Origin: Bacillota bacterium
GTDB taxonomy: Bacteria > Sysuimicrobiota > Sysuimicrobiia > Sysuimicrobiales > Segetimicrobiaceae
NCBI GenBank assembly: GCA_021324255.1
Contig: JAJPJL010000085.1
Span: 1-46,968, forward strand
Reading direction: 5' to 3'
DNA length: 46,968 bases
The notes beneath the pieces are model-generated. The model saw only the letters and a list, made by a program, of their open reading frames with translations. It was not told where the DNA came from and searched no databases. The first letter of the stretch is position 1; every line of letters starts with the position of its first letter. This document shows, one piece after another, positions 28,045-35,959 of the stretch. The translations under genes were made by a program, and so were the position numbers.

Positions 28045-28947
28045 ATGGTCCAAGCGCTGCCGTCCGTCGCCTCCGCCCCGGCCGCCCCGGCTGCGCGATC
28101 GCGGTGGCGCGCGTTCGGCAGGAGCCTGCGGCGCAACATCCCGGCGCTCCTGTCGCTGGCGTTCATCGTGCTCCTCGTGATCATCGCGGTGTTCGCGCCG
28201 GTCCTGGCGCCCTATAGCCCGTCCCTCGTGTCCGCGGCGGCGTCCTTCCGTCCGCCCACCTGGCAGCATCCGTTCGGCACCGACCTGTTCGGCCGGGACA
28301 TCCTGTCGCGCGTGATCTACGGCACGCGCCTCTCCCTGCTGGTCGGCGTGCTCGCGGTCGCGATCGGGGCCACCGGCGGGACGCTCCTCGGCATGATGGC
28401 GGGCATCAGCACGCGGCGTGTGGACCAGGCCATCATGCGGTGCATCGACGTGGCGCTGGCGTTCCCGTTCATCCTGCTCGCGATCCTGATCCTGGCGTTC
28501 TTCGGGTCGGGCGTCCAAAATGTGATGCTGGCCGTGGGGATCGCCTACGTCCCCCGGTTCGCGCGGATCACCCACGCGTCCACGCTGTCGTTGAGGGAGA
28601 TGGAGTTTGTCTCCGCGGCGCGGGCGAGCGGCGCGGGGATCGGGCGCGTGATGCTGCGGCACATCCTGCCGAACCTCTTTCAGGTCCTGACGGTGTACGG
28701 GACGTTCTCGATCCCGATCGCCATCTTGATCGAGGCGGCGCTCGACTACCTGGGATTGGGGGTGCTCCCCCCCACGCCGACGTGGGGGGCCATCATCAAC
28801 GAGGGGCGGCAGTCGCTGATGATCGCGCCCTGGGAGTCCGTGCTCCCGGGCGTCGTCATCATGTTGGCGGTGCTGGCGTTCAACCTGTTCGGCGAGGCCG
28901 TGGCGAGCTTCCTCGACCCCAAGGCCAACATCGGCCTCCAGCGATAA
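28045..28947 (+). CDS. ABC transporter permease, OppC/DppC family
   Basis: N-terminal RNIPALLSLAFIVLLVIIAVFAPVLAPYSP, HPFGTDLFGRDILSRVIYGTRLSL, and EAA loop (FVSAARASGAGIGRVMLRHILPN). Confidence 0.9.
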   Translation: MVQALPSVASAPAAPAARSRWRAFGRSLRRNIPALLSLAFIVLLVIIAVFAPVLAPYSPSLVSAAASFRPPTWQHPFGTDLFGRDILSRVIYGTRLSLLVGVLAVAIGATGGTLLGMMAGISTRRVDQAIMRCIDVALAFPFILLAILILAFFGSGVQNVMLAVGIAYVPRFARITHASTLSLREMEFVSAARASGAGIGRVMLRHILPNLFQVLTVYGTFSIPIAILIEAALDYLGLGVLPPTPTWGAIINEGRQSLMIAPWESVLPGVVIMLAVLAFNLFGEAVASFLDPKANIGLQR

Positions 28948-28951
28948 TGGG

Positions 28952-29479
28952 CTAACGGGCGCGGGCGCCCCGATACCGCGCCCGGGCTTCGGTGATGACC
29001 CGGTATGCGTCCTCGTGGCCGAGCCATCCCGTCACCGTGACAGCCTTGCCTTCCAGGTTCTTGTAGGTCTCGAAGAAGTGCTCGATCTCGCGGCGCGTGT
29101 GCTGGTTGACGCTGTCGATGGTCCGCGTGGACGCCATGCGCGTGTCGCCGACGGCCACCCCGATGATCTTCCAGTCGCGCCCGGCCTCGTCGCGCATGTC
29201 GAGGATGCCGACCGGCGCGGCTTCGAGCACGCAGCCGGGAAACGTCGGCTGCGAGATCAACACCATGATGTCGAGGTGGTCGCCGTCGGGCGACCGCGTC
29301 TCGGGGATAAACCCGTAGTCGGCGGGGTAGTAGACGGGCGAAAACAGGACGCGATCCAGGCGGATGACCCCGAGCGTCTCGTCGTATTCGTACTTGTTGC
29401 TGGAGCCTTTTGGGATCTCGACCACGGCGTTGACGATCTCGGGAGCGCGGGCGCCGATCGACAGCGTGGACCACCCCAT
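28952..29479 (-). CDS. ppa: Inorganic pyrophosphatase (family I)
   Basis: MGWSTLSIGARAPEIVNAVVEIPKGSSNKYEYDETLGVIRLDRVLFSPVYYPADYGFIPETRSPDGDHLDIMVL… matches family I PPase active-site motifs. ATG at 29479 with GAGGTG at 6 nt; 175 aa. The track's longer start adds 24 non-homologous residues. Confidence 0.85.
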   Translation of the reverse strand: MGWSTLSIGARAPEIVNAVVEIPKGSSNKYEYDETLGVIRLDRVLFSPVYYPADYGFIPETRSPDGDHLDIMVLISQPTFPGCVLEAAPVGILDMRDEAGRDWKIIGVAVGDTRMASTRTIDSVNQHTRREIEHFFETYKNLEGKAVTVTGWLGHEDAYRVITEARARYRGARAR

Positions 29480-29597
29480 GGCACACCTCGTCGGGAAAGC
29501 GTGGGCGAGCGACGATTCCGCTCGGCGGACGAGCTCTCCTGGCAGCGGCAATGCGGCGCCTGGCGCCGCGGACGTGCCATCGTGCTATAGTGAGCCC

Positions 29598-30164
29598 ATG
29601 GGCACCGGCTCCCGCGCGCTGTCCCGGCCCGGCCATCGCGGACCCGGAGTCCGGCTCCACGCCGGCGTGATCGCGACGCTCGTGGTCTTGGCGCAGACGC
29701 TGAGCCTGCCCAACCTCAGCACGCACCGCGAGGCGCGGTCCCTGGTCGTGATCAACGCGTCCGCCGACACCGTGTGGAACCTCTTGACCGATCTACCCCG
29801 CTACCCGGTCTGGAACCCGTACATCTCGCCGGCGAAGGGCGATCTGCGGGAGGGGGCGCAACTCGAGCTCACCCTCCACAACGGCAGCCAAACGGTCGTC
29901 ATCGAGGAGACGGTCCTGAGCGTCAAGCCGGAGCAGGAGTTGAGCTGGGGCGGTTGGATGCTCGGGCACAACCTGCAGCGGACGCTCACGTTCTCCATCG
30001 ACCCCGTGGAATCCGATCGCGTGCAACTTGACGCCCACGAGGTGTTCCAGGGCCTGTTGCTCCCGCTGGCCGGCAGCGTCCCCGACGACGCCCAGCGCGG
30101 TTTGGACGAGATGGTGCGCGCCCTGCGCTCTGCCGCGGAATTAGTCCCGCATCCCGCGCACTAA
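29598..30164 (+). CDS. SRPBCC (polyketide cyclase/dehydrase-like, START/Bet v1 fold) domain protein with an N-terminal signal/TM
   Basis: Starts at MGTGSRALSRPGHRGPGVRLHAGVIATLVVLAQTLS… followed by SRPBCC core VVINASADTVWNLLTDLPRYPVWNPYI…ELSWGG…. The track's 29364 start overlaps ppa in antisense. Confidence 0.7.
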   Translation: MGTGSRALSRPGHRGPGVRLHAGVIATLVVLAQTLSLPNLSTHREARSLVVINASADTVWNLLTDLPRYPVWNPYISPAKGDLREGAQLELTLHNGSQTVVIEETVLSVKPEQELSWGGWMLGHNLQRTLTFSIDPVESDRVQLDAHEVFQGLLLPLAGSVPDDAQRGLDEMVRALRSAAELVPHPAH

Positions 30165-30277
30165 CGCGCGTTCTACCGGTGTCCCTCGCGGGGCGCCGGC
30201 AGCCGGCCGGGCGATCGGGCCGCACGCCGCCCCACATCAGCCGCCGCGCTCGAGGGATGCACCGGGCCGCACCCCGC

Positions 30278-30315
30278 GCACCGGCGTCCCGCCGCGTGCG
30301 CCGGGACGCCGGTGC
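30278..30315. terminator. Perfect 13-bp inverted repeat between convergent genes (putative bidirectional terminator)
   Basis: GCACCGGCGTCCC-(12 nt)-GGGACGCCGGTGC, between the SRPBCC stop (30164) and the minus-strand gene stop (30353). Confidence 0.3.
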
Positions 30316-30352
30316 CGCCGTCCCTCACGCGATGCCGTCCTCCAGTGGAACG

Positions 30353-30892
30353 CTACCGGCACCTCGCGTTCCAGTTGCGATCACCGTCACAGTACCGGGG
30401 ATCGTACCGATGACCATAATCGTAGGCCGGCGCGGGATGCGATGTGGCGTTGTGCAGGATCAGGTAGGCGAGGCCACCCAGGACCAGCGCCCCGAGCGCG
30501 ATCCCCACGGCCGTGGAACTCGACGGCGGCGCGGCCACGCCGGCAGGCGCGGGCGGGGATGCGCCCTGCGGCGCGCTGACGTCCAGGCGGCCGAGGATGA
30601 ACTGGCTGTTTTCCGGGACCAGGTAGGCCGTCACCGGCGCGCCCGCCAAAGGCGCCAGCGCGCACACGGAGGTCAACCGGCCGTTCACGTAGATCGCGGT
30701 CTGGTTGGTGACCGGAAAGGTAGCGGCGCCGCCGGATGTATTCAACGTCAGCTCCTGCGCCTGGCAGTTTGCCGCCTCCAACGTTCCCTGCACCTGCAGC
30801 GGTTGCTGGGCTTGAGCGCTGCCGGCCTCCGCAAATCCAAAGCACGCGAGCAAGAGCCCTGTGATGACCGCGGTCACTCGACGCATCGTCAT
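30353..30892 (-). CDS. Hypothetical exported/membrane-anchored protein (signal peptide plus C-terminal TM helix)
   Basis: Signal peptide MTMRRVTAVITGLLLACFGFAEAGSAQA. Pro/Ala-rich linker, a C-terminal TM (AVGIALGALVLGGLAYLIL) and a short Tyr/Arg-rich tail. No family recognised. Confidence 0.55.
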   Translation of the reverse strand: MTMRRVTAVITGLLLACFGFAEAGSAQAQQPLQVQGTLEAANCQAQELTLNTSGGAATFPVTNQTAIYVNGRLTSVCALAPLAGAPVTAYLVPENSQFILGRLDVSAPQGASPPAPAGVAAPPSSSTAVGIALGALVLGGLAYLILHNATSHPAPAYDYGHRYDPRYCDGDRNWNARCR

Positions 30893-31053
30893 CCCTCGCT
30901 TCCGGGCCGGCAGCCTTCAGGACGCCGGCCTCCGTTGCCTATCATGACCGGACGGCGTGAAGAGGTCGTGAACGCGCTCTGCGAAAGCTGCGAAGATCGC
31001 CGTCCGGCGCGCGCGAATGCCAACACGAAGGAGGCGGTTGCGGCGTCGAGAAG

Positions 31054-31848
31054 ATGATCCCCATGGGTACCGGTCCGCACTCCCGAATCCCGCTGAACAA
31101 CGGCACGGCCATTCCCGTCTTGGGGTTGGGGACCTGGCCGATCGCGAATGGGGAGCCCACCGCCAGGGCCGTCGCCCAGGCCCTCCGCCTCGGGTACCGG
31201 CACATCGACACCGCCAAGATGTACGGCAACGAAGAAGGCGTGGGGGATGGAGTTCGCGCGAGCGGCGTGCCGCGGTCAGAGGTGTGGATCACGACCAAGC
31301 TGGCGACCGGCGATCAGCCGCATGCCCGCCGCGCGTTCGACGAGAGCCTGGCCCGGCTTCGCCTGGAGTACGTGGATCTGTATCTCGTGCATTGGCCGGC
31401 GCCGGGCCTTGTCACGCGGACGTGGTCGGCGATGGAAGCGCTCTGCGGGGACGGACGGTGCCGGGCCATCGGCGTCAGCAACCACTCGATCGACCAACTC
31501 GCCGAGATCCTGCGCATGGCGAAGATCCGGCCCGCGGTCAACCAGATCAAATTCTCGCCGTTCGGGTTCGACCAAGAACTCGCGGACTACTGTCGCCGCG
31601 AGGGCATCGCGGTCGAAGCGTACAGCCCCCTGACGAAAGGCCGCAACCTGCGAAACCGGACGCTCGGCGAGGTCGCACGACGCTATGGCAAGTCGCCGGC
31701 CCAAATTCTCATTCGGTGGGCGCTGCAAAAGCAGACCATCGCCCTTCCGAAATCCGAACAGGCCGGGCACATGGAAGAGAACGCGGCGGTGTTCGACTTC
31801 GAGATCGCCGCGGACGATATGGCGCGCCTGGACGCGCTTGGAACGTGA
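31054..31848 (+). CDS. Aldo/keto reductase (2,5-diketo-D-gluconate reductase-like, AKR family)
   Basis: IPVLGLGTW, catalytic tetrad context (GYRHIDTAKMYGNEEGVG, …TKL…, LEYVDLYLVHWP), C-terminal IPKS and ERM motifs (ALPKSEQAGHMEENAAVFDFE). Confidence 0.85.
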   Translation: MIPMGTGPHSRIPLNNGTAIPVLGLGTWPIANGEPTARAVAQALRLGYRHIDTAKMYGNEEGVGDGVRASGVPRSEVWITTKLATGDQPHARRAFDESLARLRLEYVDLYLVHWPAPGLVTRTWSAMEALCGDGRCRAIGVSNHSIDQLAEILRMAKIRPAVNQIKFSPFGFDQELADYCRREGIAVEAYSPLTKGRNLRNRTLGEVARRYGKSPAQILIRWALQKQTIALPKSEQAGHMEENAAVFDFEIAADDMARLDALGT

Positions 31849-31857
31849 TGCCCGCTA

Positions 31858-32568
31858 CTAGGGTTTCCAGGCTCGGAAGCTCGCCGCCGGTCCCGTAACC
31901 CCGCAGCCGCTCACCTGGCCGCTCCAGAAGAGACCAGGGCGACCCGGCGTTCCCGGCAAACCCGGACGACCCGGCGTGCCGGACGTGCCCCCCGTGCCGC
32001 CGGCGCCGCCTTGCCCTCCGGAGCCTCCGGCGCCGCCTTGGCCGCCACTGCCGCCGTTCCCACCGTTACCTCCTCTACCGCCATTCCCTCCGCCGCCGCT
32101 ATTGCCGGAGCCTCCGGCGCCTCCCGCGCCGCCCGAGCCGCCATTGCCCCCCGTGCCCCGGCTCACGACTCCCGTCCATTGCTGGACGCAGCCCGGTGCC
32201 GTTGCGCGGGTGAAGGTCATCGTGCTTTGAACAACCCGTACGTGGATTGGCGTGGCGCCCCCCTGGCCGTCCTCGACGATCCGGCCGTCGAGCGTGCCAT
32301 CCGGCTCTGCCGTCAGCGTCACGGACCCGTGGCTCGCGCCGCAACACCACCACTGCCATGTTCCGGCCATCTCCGCCGGCGAGACGGGCCCGGCGCCGGG
32401 TTGCGCCTCCGCCGTGCCCACCCCGGCTGCTCCGAACATGGTTGCCAGGGTCACACCGACGATCAGCACGGACGCGCACGCCGCGAGACCGGCCGTCCAC
32501 CCCACGATGCGCGCGCTCCCGCGTCCGCCCGTTGTTCGGGTATGCATAGGGCTCATCCCACCCATCAC
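31858..32568 (-). CDS. Secreted protein with an N-terminal globular domain, a GGxGG (PGRS-like) glycine repeat region and a C-terminal collagen-like GXY repeat
   Basis: GTG start with AAGGAGGAG at ~8 nt. Signal/TM (IVGWTAGLAACASVLIVGVTLATMFGAAGVGTAEA), then …GGNGGSGGAGGAGGSGNSGGGGNGGRGGNGGNGGSGGQGGAGG…, then GTSGTPGRPGLPGTPGRPG (six GXY triplets). The opposite-strand Pro-rich ORF is its antisense shadow. Confidence 0.6.
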   Translation of the reverse strand: MMGGMSPMHTRTTGGRGSARIVGWTAGLAACASVLIVGVTLATMFGAAGVGTAEAQPGAGPVSPAEMAGTWQWWCCGASHGSVTLTAEPDGTLDGRIVEDGQGGATPIHVRVVQSTMTFTRATAPGCVQQWTGVVSRGTGGNGGSGGAGGAGGSGNSGGGGNGGRGGNGGNGGSGGQGGAGGSGGQGGAGGTGGTSGTPGRPGLPGTPGRPGLFWSGQVSGCGVTGPAASFRAWKP

Positions 32569-32725
32569 CTAGTCGTCTCCTCCTTAACTATACCCGATGG
32601 CCGCCCCTGCCGGTCCACTTCTATGGTACGGAGGCACGGCGGGTTTTGTGCCGTAGCGCCGAGGGTTCCGCCGGTCGCGCGCGTACATGTCGCACGGGTA
32701 AATATAGATCGGGAGGTGGACGCTC

Positions 32726-33088
32726 ATGAGGACGGTCGCCGTGGTCCTGCTACCGTTGGTGATCGGGGGCGCTGCGCCCGCGTGGGGCCAGGCGCAGCCC
32801 GCGTTTCCTCCCGCCTGCAGCGCCGCGCATCCGGCGTACGTGTGCGTCCGCTTGTGGAACCAACTCGAGGCGGGGACGGTCCGCTTTCTGATCGACGACG
32901 TCCCGCAGGGTTCGGCCGGGCCGGGAGAGTCGGTCTACACGACCGGGTCGCCCGGTGCGCACCGTGTCGAGGCCATCGTGGTCACAGATTCCACCGACCA
33001 GCAGCGGCACACGACAAAGACGGTATCGTGGGATCCGGGAGTAAACGCCACGTACTGCATCTACGAACCGGGACACGGGGGATGCTAG
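32726..33088 (+). CDS. Hypothetical small secreted protein (signal peptide)
   Basis: ATG with GGGAGGTGG at 6 nt. Signal peptide MRTVAVVLLPLVIGGAAPAWGQA/QP. 120 aa. Its 3' end overlaps the convergent S41 peptidase ORF by ~107 nt, which lowers confidence. Confidence 0.4.
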   Translation: MRTVAVVLLPLVIGGAAPAWGQAQPAFPPACSAAHPAYVCVRLWNQLEAGTVRFLIDDVPQGSAGPGESVYTTGSPGAHRVEAIVVTDSTDQQRHTTKTVSWDPGVNATYCIYEPGHGGC

Positions 33089-34406
33089 CGCGCGGGCGCT
33101 CGAGGCTCCGCAGCGCCGCTTCCAGCTGCGTGTCCTCCCCGCGCGTCACCGCCGCCACCGTGAGATCGACCGGAAGGTCCGGGCTGATCCCCGCCCCTTC
33201 GATCTGCTCGTAGCGCGGACCGCTTACCTGCGACACGGTGATTTCCATGCCCCCCACCGGCAGCGGAAATCGCAGGGCAACCCCGAGCGCGCCTTCGGTC
33301 TTCTCCCCGAGCAACGGGCCGCGGTGGGCGTCCCGCAGACCCGCCGTGAGCAACTCCGCCGTCGACGCCGTCCCGCCGTCGATGAGGACAATCAGCGGGG
33401 TGTCGGCGGGAACGATCGGCACGCCATCCGATGTCAACTCCGCGGGCGGGTGCGTGCGCTCGAGCGTATGCCCCAGCACGGTGCCGGGCGGGAGCAACGT
33501 CCCGGCCACGAGGCGCCCCTCCCGGATGAGCCCGCCGCCGTTACTTCGGAGGTCCAGAATCATCGCGGAGATCGCGGCGTGCGACGCCAACGCGCGCAGC
33601 GCCGTCCGCAACGTGCCCCCGGTGCCGCTGGGGAAGCCCAGGAGACGCACATACGCCACGCCCGGCCGGATGAACGACGCCGCTACCGGCGGGATCTGGA
33701 TCGCCTGGCGGACGATGGACACGGTGACCGTGCGGCCGGTCGCACGCTTCACCGTCACCGCAACCGACGAACCGGGAGGCCCGCGAAGCACGCCGGCGAG
33801 CTTGCCGGCGGTCATCCCGCTCGTGTCCTTTCCGTTGACCCGCAGAATGCGGTCGAAGCGCCGGAGGCCCGCGCGGGCCGCCGGGCCGCCCGGGAACGGC
33901 GCCGCGACGAACGCGACGCTCTTGCCATCCGGCGTCTTGATGCTCCTGACGAACACTCCGATGCCCGCGTAGCTGGCCTGCCCGGCCAAGTTCCGCTGAA
34001 GCTCGAGGAACGCCGCGGGTTCGTAGAAATTCACATGGCTATCGTGCAACGACGCCAGCATGGCGCGCGTCGCGGCGTAGGCGAGATCGGTCGACGAGCC
34101 CGCCGCGCTCTGGACGGCCCGGTCAAAGGCGTCGAGAAACATGAGCGACGCGGACGCGCCGGTCCCGTCGGGGATGTCGGGCAGCGCCCCGGCGTCGAGG
34201 CCCGTCGACTTCCGCAGCGCGCCGATCGCCGCGTTGAGCAGGCCCACGTCGTCCACCGGTTTCGCGTAATGCTCCTCGAGCAACTGCAGCGCGGCGACCA
34301 CCAGGTTGCCGTCCGCGGCGTGCGCGGGCGCGAACACCGCGCCCGCGCAGAGCAGCAGCGCGACGAGCGCCGCGCGCACCACTACCCGTTCCCGCACCCG
34401 CCGCAC
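32982..34406 (-). CDS. S41 family C-terminal processing peptidase (CtpA/Prc-like) with a PDZ domain
   Basis: GTG start giving signal peptide (M)RRVRERVVVRAALVALLLCAGAVFAPAHA/ADG. PDZ region (GIGVFVRSIKTPDGKSVAFVAAPFPGGPAARAGLRRFDRILRVNG). Catalytic Ser motif LDLRSNGGGLI and the downstream Lys region. The track's 34787 start adds ~130 aa of low-complexity sequence. The start could be 34397 or 34406. Confidence 0.8.
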   Translation of the reverse strand: MRRVRERVVVRAALVALLLCAGAVFAPAHAADGNLVVAALQLLEEHYAKPVDDVGLLNAAIGALRKSTGLDAGALPDIPDGTGASASLMFLDAFDRAVQSAAGSSTDLAYAATRAMLASLHDSHVNFYEPAAFLELQRNLAGQASYAGIGVFVRSIKTPDGKSVAFVAAPFPGGPAARAGLRRFDRILRVNGKDTSGMTAGKLAGVLRGPPGSSVAVTVKRATGRTVTVSIVRQAIQIPPVAASFIRPGVAYVRLLGFPSGTGGTLRTALRALASHAAISAMILDLRSNGGGLIREGRLVAGTLLPPGTVLGHTLERTHPPAELTSDGVPIVPADTPLIVLIDGGTASTAELLTAGLRDAHRGPLLGEKTEGALGVALRFPLPVGGMEITVSQVSGPRYEQIEGAGISPDLPVDLTVAAVTRGEDTQLEAALRSLERPRASIPRVPVRRCSTWRLLPDPTIPSLSCAAAGRWNL

Positions 34407-34420
34407 AGCGCCGAGCAGCG

Positions 34421-35188
34421 TTACTGACGTCGCGGTGCGTAGGCTCGCACGCGCTCCCAGATCTGCCGGTCGACACGCGGCGCGGCGTGCCGGAGGGTCG
34501 CGCGCGGCCCGCGCGACACGATTCGCCCCTCCGGGATTTGCCAGCATCGCGACAGCAACCGATTGACCGCTGCGAGCACCGCGGGGGTACCGTGCCAGAT
34601 TAGCCGGCCGCTGCGCGGAAAGGTCCCGGCGGGCCAGTTTCCGTCCAGGTAACCGCCGAGAAACGGCGCCGCGAGGTCCTCGGGAATGTCGTCGAGCAGC
34701 GCCGGGTCCTCGCCGTGGGCGTCCGACGGGATCCCCCAGGGCATCAGCGCCTTGCAGAGGCTGGGTTCCCGCACGTAGGCCTGCCACCCGAGGAGGCTGC
34801 TCTCGCAGTACTCCTGCCGTACGCCGGGACCCGTGATCTCCTGCATGAACCTCATCATATGGACGTCGGCCCGATCACCCAGCGTCACCACGATGGCCAT
34901 GGACGGGCCTTGTCCGAGAATGCGTCCGGCCGCCGTCAGGAAGCCCACCCAGTAGAGCTGCGCCTCGGCCGGGGCGCGTCCCGGCGACGGGGCGCGCGCG
35001 CTCAACAGCTCCGCCGGATCGGACAGCCGGGCATGGTTTGCCGGCGCCAGCACGCGATTGACGACGGTAATGGAAAATTGGCAGCGCTCGGCGATCTCGG
35101 TGGCCGCCCAGCCCTTGCGCGCGGCCGCGCGAATCGCCGCGATCTGGGCGCGCGCCTCGGGCGCCAGCTCGCGCCCCCGGAGGCTCAT
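34421..35188 (-). CDS. HTH domain protein with two degenerate LAGLIDADG-like motifs (homing-endonuclease-derived fold?)
   Basis: N-terminal HTH-like helix pair (PEARAQIAAIRAAARKGWAATEIAERCQFSITVVNRVL). The first motif is YWVGFLTAAGRI (acidic residues lost) and the second is PFLGGYLDGNW. It lies immediately upstream of, and co-oriented with, the S41 peptidase. Confidence 0.6.
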   Translation of the reverse strand: MSLRGRELAPEARAQIAAIRAAARKGWAATEIAERCQFSITVVNRVLAPANHARLSDPAELLSARAPSPGRAPAEAQLYWVGFLTAAGRILGQGPSMAIVVTLGDRADVHMMRFMQEITGPGVRQEYCESSLLGWQAYVREPSLCKALMPWGIPSDAHGEDPALLDDIPEDLAAPFLGGYLDGNWPAGTFPRSGRLIWHGTPAVLAAVNRLLSRCWQIPEGRIVSRGPRATLRHAAPRVDRQIWERVRAYAPRRQ

Positions 35189-35282
35189 TGCGACGGACTC
35201 ACCGCATCATGCGCTGCCCGCTGCGTCGATCCTCGGGCACGTCGTAACGCGCCGCCATCCGGCCGCTTCACCCCGCACGCTC

Positions 35283-35328
35283 CGCACGCCGCATACACCT
35301 CACGCCGCATACACCTCCGCATACACCT
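35283..35328. repeat. Three tandem direct repeats of CCGCATACACCT (with CA/CACG spacers) in the 5' region of the HTH/LAGLIDADG-like gene
   Basis: cgcaCGCCGCATACACCTcaCGCCGCATACACCTCCGCATACACCTagtatagc. On the gene's strand this reads TATACT (-10-like) followed by AGGTGTATGCGG repeated three times, ~95-140 nt upstream of the start. Confidence 0.5.
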
Positions 35329-35959
35329 AGTATAGCAAGCCGGAGCGACATCCCGGATCGCGGCGTCCGGATCGGACGGATGCGGCACGCACCGCACGAT
35401 CTCCGCATGAGCGCATCCAGGCCGAAACCCGCCGCCATAGTGCTCGACAGCCTCGGTCGGGACGTCGCCGTCGCGCAGAGGCACCGCGGTGAGCCGCTGG
35501 TCCGTGACGGCGCGAGTCTCCGGTGAACACCCCGAGTCGCGATGCGCACGCATTGGTGATCCACGGTACAGAAATGGCCGAAGAGCCTAGTCCCTTGGGG
35601 TGACGAACCGCGTAGCGTCTCGAGACGGCCTGGGAAAATATCGCGCGATGTTCTGCCGTGTGGTCTCGACCGCAGACCGGGCGCGCCGCTCCGGTGCTGT
35701 TCTCGCGGACGGCCGTCGCGTCGTATATGACGCAGCGGCTTCGCGCGCACGTGTTCCTCGTTTGCGTCCTTCGCTGCGCATCACCCCCGCGCGCGCACCG
35801 CGACGGGACTTTCGCGGCGCGTTCGTGCGGAGCTACACCGAACGCTCCCCGCCGGTCTGAGCAAGCGGCGCCGCTTGTGTGTAGCGGCAAGACCGCTGCA
35901 ACCGGCGGTGCGCTGTCGAGGCACAAAGGCTCGCAGCACCAGTCACAAGGAGGCGATGC

